Source: Candidatus Nanohalobium sp. (GTDB lineage: Archaea > Nanohalarchaeota > Nanosalinia > Nanosalinales > Nanosalinaceae). From it: a stretch of DNA of 19,915 bases. The notes beneath the pieces are model-generated. The model saw only the letters and a program-made list of their open reading frames with translations. It ran no database searches and was not told the origin of the DNA. A program made the position numbers and the translations under genes. The stretch's first letter is position 1; each line of letters opens with the position of its first letter. Positions 1 through 6,933 of this stretch are shown here, piece after piece. The stretch is taken from contig JBDGSM010000002.1 in NCBI GenBank assembly GCA_042217545.1, forward strand, positions 1 to 19,915, in the 5' to 3' direction.

Positions 1-48
1 TGCCAGAACGCATCCACCCTGTTCTACAGGATCAGCACCGTACTTCAT
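1..48 (-). CDS. 5' end of an unknown gene running off the left edge (MKYGADPVEQGGCVLA...)
   Basis: ATG at 48 on the minus strand, open to position 1. A TATA-like CTTAAAG (74-80) lies about 26 nt upstream, the same spacing as other genes in the window. Confidence 0.5.
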   Translation of the reverse strand, partial: MKYGADPVEQGGCVLA

Positions 49-127
49 GTGTAAATCAGAATTGGCAGGGAATCTTTAAGAAATTAACGAAAAGCCTTCC
101 ATGGTCCCTGGAAGACCTGTTAGCACC

Positions 128-2095
128 TCAGAATTCCAGGCCTGAAAGCTCTTCCACAGTTGTTCTGTCCTCCAGAAGATTCTTTACGTCGTCCCGGAAT
201 GTGAAGTAGATTATTTGCCAGCCTTCGTCTTCAAGTTGCTCCAGGAATTCCAGCTCTTTTTCAACACGTTCAGTGTCGGAGTGGACAAATGCGTTGTCAA
301 GTATCAGGAAGCCTGGCTCGCCGAGGATCTCACGTGCAAGTTTCAGGCGGACGCTCATGTACAGAAGGTCGTAGGTCCCCTGGCTCAGGGCCTCAGGATT
401 GAACTCTCTGCCATCTTCTCTGACAACTTTCAGCTCCCGGGCATCTCTATCGTAACGAATGTCAGTGTAGTTTCCACCCGTTGCTTTCTCGAACATCTCG
501 ACTGCGTAGCTGTCCTCGTTGAAGATCCTGTTAAATTCATCTTCCTCTTCCTCCTCGATCTCCTCAAGGACATTTATCGCGTTCCTCGAGGCCTCAACGT
601 TTTCCTCAAGAGCGGACATAAAGCTGTCAATCTGCCTCTCAGCACGGTCAAGATCTTCGATAGAGGAGATATCTACAGGATCATCTTCGATCAAATTCTC
701 AGCCACGTTCTTCGAAAGGCTTTTATCGAAATCTTTCAACATCTCGTCATACCTTGAAACCTCGTCCTGAAGGTCTTTCTTCCTTTCCTCCAGCTGTTCA
801 AGCTCTTCCTCAGCTTTTTCCAGGTTTCCTTCCTGGAACTCCCTGTCGACGGATTCGAAGCTGTTTGAAAAATCGTTTAACTCCTCTTTCCAGTCCTCGG
901 GATCTTTATAACTCGCGCTAAACAGGGCCTGAAGCTGTCCAATAGCGTTCTTTTTTTCGCCTCTGACCTCTTCCTTCCTTTTCTCTATATCTTCCTCGTA
1001 GCTGTTAACTGCATCGACCAGCTCTGGCAGCGTCGAGGCCTCGATATCATGAGCCTCTGCCTCTTCGATTATCTGTTCCCTGGCCTGTTCCTGGTTTTTC
1101 TCGGCTTTGACGTCTTTCCTGTATACGTAAGCAGATGCGGCAGCTATCACAACCGACAGGGTAGCCGCGATCACCGGCAGGATATTATCTGTCAGGACAG
1201 TAGCGATGACCGATGCTCCTGCAAGGCCTGTGAAAGCAAGGAATGCTTTCCTGGAGAACTCCCGGGGTGAGGCCTCTTTCTCGAAGTCTTCTGCTTTTTC
1301 CCTGATGTCTTCCAGTTCTTTCAGGCCTTTCTTTTCCTCCTGGATTTCCTGGATTCTTTCGTTGGACTCTCTAAGTTTTTCGAGCTGATTCATTCCTTTC
1401 CGGTACTTGGTCTGTTTCTCGGCTTTTTTCAGTTCCGATATCTCCTTCTGTTTCGATTCTATCCTGTTCTGGAGTGTTTCCAGTTCCCTGTACTTTCTGT
1501 AGAGGCCTTCAGCCTGGATTTTTTCCTGGAACTGTTCGATCTCATTCCTGAGTTTCCCTGCGCCTTTTTTCTTGTCACCGAGTTTGCCGGTATTTTTTGT
1601 GTTCTCCAGCTTGGATTCGCTGGTGGCGTTGGTGAGGTAACCGATGTCGGAGATCTCATTCCTCAGGGCCTGGATCTTTTTCGTCTTCGAACCCAGGATT
1701 CTATCCGTGACATCTTTGAAGTAGTCTCCGCTCCGGAAGTCGTTCTCCCGCTCCGGAAGCCTAAGATCGAAGTCACGGACTATGAACGCATTTCTCACGT
1801 CGTCAACAGTAACATCGCCGAAAACAGCTTCCAGATCCTCCTGAGCTGCATCAAAAACCTCATCGCCCTTTTTGACGTTCAAAAGCCCGTTAGGCCTCTG
1901 GGGCACTCTTCCGATACCTGAGAACTCCGAAGTATCCTCCAGAAGCATCTTGGTAACGGCCTCAACCATCAATGTCTTACCTGACTCGTTCCCGCCGTAG
2001 AAAGCATTCAGGCCTTCTTCAAGCTTGACATCAATATCGCTCAGCGGACCGTACTGATCCAGTTTCAGTCTTTTGATCGCTACCCTACCGCTCAT
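128..2095 (-). CDS. Rad50/SbcC/SMC-like ATPase, YhaN (AAA_27)-type, with a central transmembrane hairpin, 655 aa
   Basis: N-terminal Walker A GGNESGKT, long acidic coiled coils, ABC signature LSQGT, Walker B/D-loop LILDNAFVHSD and a terminal QIIYFT strand. Two hydrophobic segments at about aa 284-325 and no CXXC hook. Overlaps the upstream nuclease gene by 11 nt. Confidence 0.9.
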   Translation of the reverse strand: MSGRVAIKRLKLDQYGPLSDIDVKLEEGLNAFYGGNESGKTLMVEAVTKMLLEDTSEFSGIGRVPQRPNGLLNVKKGDEVFDAAQEDLEAVFGDVTVDDVRNAFIVRDFDLRLPERENDFRSGDYFKDVTDRILGSKTKKIQALRNEISDIGYLTNATSESKLENTKNTGKLGDKKKGAGKLRNEIEQFQEKIQAEGLYRKYRELETLQNRIESKQKEISELKKAEKQTKYRKGMNQLEKLRESNERIQEIQEEKKGLKELEDIREKAEDFEKEASPREFSRKAFLAFTGLAGASVIATVLTDNILPVIAATLSVVIAAASAYVYRKDVKAEKNQEQAREQIIEEAEAHDIEASTLPELVDAVNSYEEDIEKRKEEVRGEKKNAIGQLQALFSASYKDPEDWKEELNDFSNSFESVDREFQEGNLEKAEEELEQLEERKKDLQDEVSRYDEMLKDFDKSLSKNVAENLIEDDPVDISSIEDLDRAERQIDSFMSALEENVEASRNAINVLEEIEEEEEDEFNRIFNEDSYAVEMFEKATGGNYTDIRYDRDARELKVVREDGREFNPEALSQGTYDLLYMSVRLKLAREILGEPGFLILDNAFVHSDTERVEKELEFLEQLEDEGWQIIYFTFRDDVKNLLEDRTTVEELSGLEF

Positions 2096-3116
2096 ATCTT
2101 GAAAGACCTCTCAGAAACTTTTCCTCAACCAGTTCAGGGTTTTCAAAACTTTTTTCCGCAAGCCTGTCCTGGAACTCCTGGTAAATCTTTGAATCAGCTA
2201 TGGACGACACAGATTCAAGGCCTGAACCTGTTAAATCAAATTCTTCAGGTCCCAGGACCTCCAGCTTGTTTTCAAGTTCGTTCAGAAATTCCTCGACAGG
2301 CCTCTTAGTAAACCCGGAGATTTCCACGATCAGTGAAGCATTTCCAATATCCTTCTCCCTGAAATCCTCTATTACTTCTTCCTCGACTTCCTTTTCGTGG
2401 CCTGGAAGCATTTCCATGCTCTTCTTCAGGTAGTGAAAGCTGTCAAGTTCCACAGTTCTGAGGCCTTCTCCTATCTCCAGGATCCAGGCCTCTCTTTTTC
2501 CAGTCTCTGAACGTGATATGGATACAGGTGAACCGCTGTATGCGAATAGTGTGTCTCCAAATTTCTTTTTAGTAGCTGAAGTGTGTATGTGTCCTGCGAG
2601 TACGTGGTCAAAGCCTGTTCGGACAAGTTCTTTTGGTTCGACAGGCAGGTACTTTGATTCCTCGCCGAAACCTCCCTGGGACCCTGTCAGGGTGCAGTGT
2701 ATCATCAGCAGGTTCTCTTTTCCCTCTACAGTTGCTTCTGAGATCGGTTCAACAAGTTCAGAGAAGTCTTTTTCCGTGTAAGGTACTGCGATTATGTTTA
2801 TATCATCGAAGGATTTTCTGCCGTAAGGCCTTTCCTGTATTACCTCTATACTGTCTCCGAAGTGTTCCTCCTGCCTGAAAGCTGATTTGTCGTGGTTTCC
2901 TGGGATGACAAGTGTATGAAAGTTGTTGTCGGAGAATAAAGGCCTTAGATCTGTCTTGAGATCATCGACATCGATGTTTCCGTCGAAAAGGTCTCCTGTA
3001 ATAAGTAGGAGGTCTGCTTCCTCGTTTCTGCAGATGTCCAGAACCTGTTTCAGGGCTTCAAGCCTCTCCGGCTTTCCCGGGGATAGATGTACGTCGGCAG
3101 TGTGGACTATCTTCAC
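2085..3116 (-). CDS. Mre11/SbcD/YhaO-family metallophosphoesterase (DNA repair exonuclease), 343 aa
   Basis: Calcineurin-like motifs HTADVH, TGDLFD, PGNHD, LAGHIH and YSGSP. GTG start. Overlaps the start of the SMC-like ATPase gene. Confidence 0.93.
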   Translation of the reverse strand: MKIVHTADVHLSPGKPERLEALKQVLDICRNEEADLLLITGDLFDGNIDVDDLKTDLRPLFSDNNFHTLVIPGNHDKSAFRQEEHFGDSIEVIQERPYGRKSFDDINIIAVPYTEKDFSELVEPISEATVEGKENLLMIHCTLTGSQGGFGEESKYLPVEPKELVRTGFDHVLAGHIHTSATKKKFGDTLFAYSGSPVSISRSETGKREAWILEIGEGLRTVELDSFHYLKKSMEMLPGHEKEVEEEVIEDFREKDIGNASLIVEISGFTKRPVEEFLNELENKLEVLGPEEFDLTGSGLESVSSIADSKIYQEFQDRLAEKSFENPELVEEKFLRGLSRYER

Positions 3117-3140
3117 ATCTGCCAGTTTGGTCTTCGAGCC

Positions 3141-3440
3141 TTAAATGTACTTGAACTCGCTGTCCGAGCACCTGACCTCTTCCTGTGCTACTCCATACTC
3201 CAGTGCTGCTTCTATCTCGTCTTCGTTGTAGGGAGGCCTTATTCTTTCGATGACGTCTTCCGGCGTGAAGTCTTCTCCCTGTTTCAGGACAGGTTTCACA
3301 AAGGTCTCGTAGATATGTTCTGAACGTTTCTTTCGCTCTCTACTTGCTTCTTCATCCGATGTTTCGGGTGAAAACCTCAGCCTGTAGGATATCTCGTCTT
3401 CTTCCTCTTCCTCATCGCCGAATATTTTTTCCGAAGCCAT
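3141..3440 (-). CDS. Small acidic hypothetical protein, possible C-terminal winged helix; first gene of the nuclease/ATPase operon, 99 aa
   Basis: ATG with TTTATA about 27 nt upstream and acidic composition like the other cytoplasmic proteins. The helix-helix-helix-beta-beta pattern FTPEDVIERI..YNEDEIEAALEYGVAQEEVRCSDSEFKYI suggests wHTH (inference). Ends 24 nt before the nuclease start. Confidence 0.75.
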   Translation of the reverse strand: MASEKIFGDEEEEEDEISYRLRFSPETSDEEASRERKKRSEHIYETFVKPVLKQGEDFTPEDVIERIRPPYNEDEIEAALEYGVAQEEVRCSDSEFKYI

Positions 3441-3466
3441 CTGATTCAGTAGCTTGACGGTTAAGC

Positions 3467-3472
3467 TATAAA
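3467..3472 (-). promoter_or_regulatory. TATA box (TTTATA) for the wHTH-nuclease-ATPase operon
   Basis: Lies 27 nt upstream of ATG 3440, flanked by an imperfect inverted repeat TTGAC...GTCAA (3454-3485). Confidence 0.6.
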
Positions 3473-3596
3473 GGGATTAAGTCAACCCGGGACAGGTATT
3501 GCCGACCTCTCATTTTTTCAACTAGCCCAGATATAATTCAAAGTGTCAACTACCCACTACCTAATCAGAGATTAGGAAGGAGTCTCCATGAGGTGA

Positions 3597-3722
3597 AAAG
3601 ATGACTCAGGTAACTGGTCTCATCCCTCCACGGGCAAAAAGCTCGATCCGAAGAAAGGATACTTTGTGAACGTCAAAAACAGCTGTAAAATGGCCGGCGC
3701 AAGGCCTCCGGTGCCGGAGTAA
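3597..3722 (+). pseudogene. Probable 3' remnant of a decayed surface/secreted protein gene (KDDSGNWSHPSTGKKLDPKKGYFVNVKNSCKMAGARPPVPE*)
   Basis: A protein-like 41-codon frame preceded in frame by ATG-AGG-TGA and further stops. It ends 6 nt before the next gene. The LxPxKGYFV...C pattern resembles C-terminal motifs of surface proteins (inference). Confidence 0.35.
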
Positions 3723-3728
3723 GATAGG

Positions 3729-4019
3729 ATGAAGAAATCAGCAGTTATCGGAGCGTTACTTCTGCTTTCGGGAACTGTAGCAGGCCTTAAGTTCCATGAT
3801 ACCAGGACTGTAGATGGTAAGGTGAACAGTTCGCCGCCTATGCCAGGAGGGAACCTGACAGTGAAGAACAGTACGGCGATGAAGAGTTCCCCGGATAGTT
3901 CCCGATCAGAGGGTTCTAACTCAGGCTCCGATTTTCACGGCGCTCTTGACCATAAGAATAGTGGAGGCTTCTTCTCAAATATTTTACAGGGAATAATGGA
4001 TTTCATTCCTTTCATCTAA
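3729..4019 (+). CDS. Small secreted or membrane-associated protein, 96 aa
   Basis: Signal peptide MKKSAVIGALLLLSGTVAG, a Ser/Gly/Asn low-complexity middle and a C-terminal amphipathic tail GGFFSNILQGIMDFIPFI. Its stop overlaps the convergent gene by 4 nt. Confidence 0.7.
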   Translation: MKKSAVIGALLLLSGTVAGLKFHDTRTVDGKVNSSPPMPGGNLTVKNSTAMKSSPDSSRSEGSNSGSDFHGALDHKNSGGFFSNILQGIMDFIPFI

Positions 4020-4957
4020 TTCTTTTCAGAGACGATCCAACCTTCTCCCGGTAGCTGGTCAGCTTCCAGATGCCTTATAATGTCCTGGGCCTCGCTCCTG
4101 GTATTTCCAACAGTTCTGTTCCTGCCCTGGATGTTGATACGGGAGACCGTGTCGTACTTGAAGGCTGAGGAAATGCTGAGGTTATCCTTCAGATGTCCTG
4201 CGTAACGCAGGTAGATATGGGCTTTTTCTCCAGTCGTCTGGTAGAGGTATCTGCCTGACTTCCCGGTCTCAGATCCTGTAACATAGTTCTGTGCGATCCT
4301 CTTGATCTTTCTGGCTGCAGAGTCCGAGATAGTGACCGGGAATGAGAACCGGTAGCCTGAATCAGTCCTGACAAGTCTCAACTGGTTCCTGTATACTGAA
4401 ATCACATCGTCCGAGCTGTAAGCCTTTAATCCAAGCTCTACGTACTTTCCGGAGACGTTCACCAACCTGACATATGTGCCATCGATTTGGACCGTCTTTC
4501 CCGGGAGAATTTCCTTGCCTGAGATAAAAACGGAGTTGCCTGAGATAGATGTGGAATGGTTTTTACGCAGGGAGAGATTGTTTCCGCTCCCCAGCTTTAA
4601 CCTGAACCAGGCCTTGACCTTCTTGTTCTTTAAAACGCTTTCCAATCTGTCCCTGATGTCTTTACTAGCGTTTAACTGTATATAATTTCCTTTATCCGTG
4701 TTTTCAGGCCTTATAGTTGTGTAGGAGATATTAAATGTTTCAAGTCGTGCCTGAAGGATCGAGGCCTTGTTTCGGGGTGATTTGCTGGTGTTTAATTTTA
4801 TTCTGTATGTATTAAGGTTTTGAGGCCCTGTTTCTGCAGTATTCTGTTTTCCTGTGTGGTTTAAAGTGGAGTTGGCTTTGTTGCTTGTCTGTTTGGAGGC
4901 GCAGCCTGATGTCATCAGGATTGCCGTGAGAAGGAGTGCAGGGACCAGCTTGTTCAT
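4016..4957 (-). CDS. Lipoprotein resembling the SecD extracytoplasmic P1 domain, without SecD transmembrane segments, 313 aa
   Basis: Lipobox LMTSG-C after a hydrophobic core. ILQARLETFNIS matches the P1 base. FPVTISDSAARKI, IYLRYAG, INIQG and EAQDIIRHLEADQLP parallel the SecD P1 head and its terminal L.SG.LP. TATA-like CTTAAG about 25 nt upstream. Confidence 0.75.
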   Translation of the reverse strand: MNKLVPALLLTAILMTSGCASKQTSNKANSTLNHTGKQNTAETGPQNLNTYRIKLNTSKSPRNKASILQARLETFNISYTTIRPENTDKGNYIQLNASKDIRDRLESVLKNKKVKAWFRLKLGSGNNLSLRKNHSTSISGNSVFISGKEILPGKTVQIDGTYVRLVNVSGKYVELGLKAYSSDDVISVYRNQLRLVRTDSGYRFSFPVTISDSAARKIKRIAQNYVTGSETGKSGRYLYQTTGEKAHIYLRYAGHLKDNLSISSAFKYDTVSRINIQGRNRTVGNTRSEAQDIIRHLEADQLPGEGWIVSEKN

Positions 4958-4993
4958 GGCTGCGTTTAGGGTCTTGAGTTTCTTAAGGGTTTT

Positions 4994-5665
4994 TCAGTCG
5001 CTGAGCTCGTTTTTCAGGTCTCTGAGTTGTTCTGTCATGTCTCTGTCGAGGCCTTCGTCTTTGGTTGCTATTCCTGTTGTAAGAAGTAGTTTCATGCCTT
5101 CCTGTACGCTCATGTCGAGTTCCTTGAACTGGTCCTGTCTCAGCATGACCAGGTGTCCCATCGTGGGATTTGGTGTCAGAGGTATGAAGACCGAGTGCAT
5201 CTTTTCATCTTCTGCTTCATCCACTGCTTCCGGTGCTTCTGCTGTCAGAAGGCCTAGTGAGCGGAGGTCCGAGTCCGGGAAGTCTACTAGAACTACTTTC
5301 TGGAAAGTGTCGTCCTCTCCGCTGAATGAGTCGCTTATCCTGTCGACTGTTGAGTAGACCGCTCCGAAGACCGGTATCTCCTTGATCATTTTGTTTATAG
5401 TCAGTGATAGTCTTTCCGAGGCCTTGTAGTTTGATACGTAGCCGATCAGTGTTATGAAGACCACTACGAGAAGTACGGCAATGCCCTGGGCTATTACTGT
5501 GATGTTGCCGGTGTAACTGGCCAGGTTGGTTCCTCTCACGATCGGGTTGACGAAGAGGAAGACGTAATCTGCCAGGAACTTGATTATGACCAGACTTATC
5601 AGCAGGGGCAGGATCATAACCAGGCCTGATTTGAATGATTCTCTGGCACGGCCAGCGTAGTCCAT
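4994..5665 (-). CDS. DUF502 family membrane protein, 223 aa
   Basis: F.SGL..ILPL..S, two TM helices, IPVFGAVYS, FQKVVLVDFP, VFIPLTPNPTMGHL and MSVQEGMKLLLTTG are all characteristic DUF502 motifs. Confidence 0.92.
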   Translation of the reverse strand: MDYAGRARESFKSGLVMILPLLISLVIIKFLADYVFLFVNPIVRGTNLASYTGNITVIAQGIAVLLVVVFITLIGYVSNYKASERLSLTINKMIKEIPVFGAVYSTVDRISDSFSGEDDTFQKVVLVDFPDSDLRSLGLLTAEAPEAVDEAEDEKMHSVFIPLTPNPTMGHLVMLRQDQFKELDMSVQEGMKLLLTTGIATKDEGLDRDMTEQLRDLKNELSD

Positions 5666-5725
5666 AATCAGGTCTTTTGTGTTCTAAGTTCAAAAAGCAG
5701 CAGGTGTGAAAAAGTAGATATACAA

Positions 5726-6007
5726 TCAGTAGCTTTCCTTTTCTACTCCTATGTGGGAAAGCTTCAGATGTGCAGCTATCTGGTGTGAACACGTCCGGCC
5801 CTGGAACTGGCAGGGGCAGAAGGCCTCTCCCGAGTCTATATCCACTCCTACAGTGTATGTATCGGTATCTCCCTCGACTTCGAACTGGTACCTGTCATGG
5901 GACCGGGACTTCAATACAATCTTCTCCTCATCGATGATTCTCCTGGCCTTACCCCATTTATGCAGGTTCTCCCTCTCGGCCCGGGTCATCTCCTCCTCTC
6001 CACTCAT
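5726..6007 (-). CDS. SWIM zinc-finger protein, 93 aa (start revised to ATG 6007)
   Basis: F.V.G...Y.V followed by CPC-x6-CSH, the SWIM CxC...CxH signature. TTTTAAG lies about 28 nt upstream of ATG 6007. Confidence 0.88.
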   Translation of the reverse strand: MSGEEEMTRAERENLHKWGKARRIIDEEKIVLKSRSHDRYQFEVEGDTDTYTVGVDIDSGEAFCPCQFQGRTCSHQIAAHLKLSHIGVEKESY

Positions 6008-6059
6008 GTACACGAAGAGTTCCGGGCTGTGAAGCTTAAAACAGGAAGGCCTTCAGGCA

Positions 6060-6101
6060 GAAAATCATGAAAAATTATTCGAGAGAAAAATAAAGGAAAA
6101 A
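6060..6101 (-). terminator. Oligo-T tracts, putative archaeal intrinsic terminator for a minus-strand transcript from about 6480
   Basis: Several A4-A5 runs on the + strand (T-runs on the minus strand) just upstream of the SWIM gene promoter. Confidence 0.45.
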
Positions 6102-6480
6102 TATGTGGTCTTCAGTCGTTTAAGATGTGTGTTCTCTGGTCATCACCCTTTGTTGAATTTTTCTTGTTGTTTTGTGTTCTCGCATCCGTCAGTCGGAGGC
6201 CTTCGTTCTTTGGAAGCGGTATAGCTGATGCTTTGTTGGTATAAGTGTTGTTTAGTTGTGTGTTTCTTATTCGGAAGCAGATGTCCGACGCTTTTCGGTT
6301 GAGTCCTTTTGCCCGAGGTCCGCTGAGTTGCGGGCCAGGCCAGGTTGTCCCAACCTACTCATCCTGTATTACATATACAGGATATTCGGTGTAGAAAACA
6401 CTTGGAAGATATAGGCCACACAGCGATTAATTGACAGACGCATGCCGCGTGCCGCGATGTGTGCTGCGTGACTCATACCT
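6100..6480 (-). ncRNA. Candidate structured non-coding RNA or leader-peptide transcript (unassigned)
   Basis: Strong TATA (6498-6507) upstream and T-tracts downstream, with only short ORFs. Several perfect stems (6361-6383, 6342-6356, 6311-6335, 6271-6288) separated by A/C-rich linkers on the minus strand. Confidence 0.4.
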
Positions 6481-6496
6481 GTACTTTGTAATCCAG

Positions 6497-6508
6497 CTTT
6501 TATAAAAG
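6497..6508. promoter_or_regulatory. Palindromic TATA box CTTTTATAAAAG
   Basis: Perfect 12-bp palindrome containing consensus TTTATAAA. Its near edge is about 21 nt from the minus-strand ATG at 6476. Confidence 0.6.
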
Positions 6509-6595
6509 TTTGGCTCTAATCTGTGGAGGCCTTGAGAATGGTGTTGAGGCCCGGTATAGAAATTTGGTTAAATGTTTCCCGGTAATTTACTGTTT

Positions 6596-6931
6596 ATGGA
6601 TGAGGATCTGCGTTTGATCGAGGAGTATGCAGGCCTTGAAGACACTGAGTTGCATCGGGATTTTGAAGCCATAGTCTCGGATGTCTTTGAGATCCAGGAA
6701 CTGCAGCGTTCTTTTACGAGCAGTCAGCTTCCTGATGGTTTTGTCTCGGAGACCGTTGAAGGCGGGGATTTTGGTTTTTACGCCGAGAAAATCTATGATT
6801 CCGGGAGGATTGAGGTTGAGTACACCGAGTCTTCAGATGTCGGCTTTGAATCCCGGGATGCGTCACAGGTTACTGTTTCCGTTGAGGCCGCTGGCTACGA
6901 GTTCAGCAAGGCCTGGGATCAGAACAGGTAG
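6596..6931 (+). CDS. Acidic hypothetical protein, 111 aa (start revised to ATG 6596)
   Basis: Very D/E-rich ORF. TTAAAT at 6568-6573 lies about 23 nt upstream of ATG 6596 and overlaps the alternative ATG at 6572. Confidence 0.72.
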   Translation: MDEDLRLIEEYAGLEDTELHRDFEAIVSDVFEIQELQRSFTSSQLPDGFVSETVEGGDFGFYAEKIYDSGRIEVEYTESSDVGFESRDASQVTVSVEAAGYEFSKAWDQNR

Positions 6932-6933
6932 GT

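Noticed and set aside
6180..6370. CsrB-like repeated GGA motifs on the minus strand (CAGGAUG, ACGGAUG, GGA loop)
   Set aside because: There are few copies, most are not in loops, and CsrA is not an established archaeal regulator.
6100..6480. RNase P RNA, SRP RNA, tRNA or hammerhead ribozyme in the intergenic region
   Set aside because: I could not find GAGGAAAGUCC/CR-V, the SRP helix-8 motif, a T-loop GTTCRA cloverleaf or a CUGAUGA...GAAA core in a suitable arrangement.
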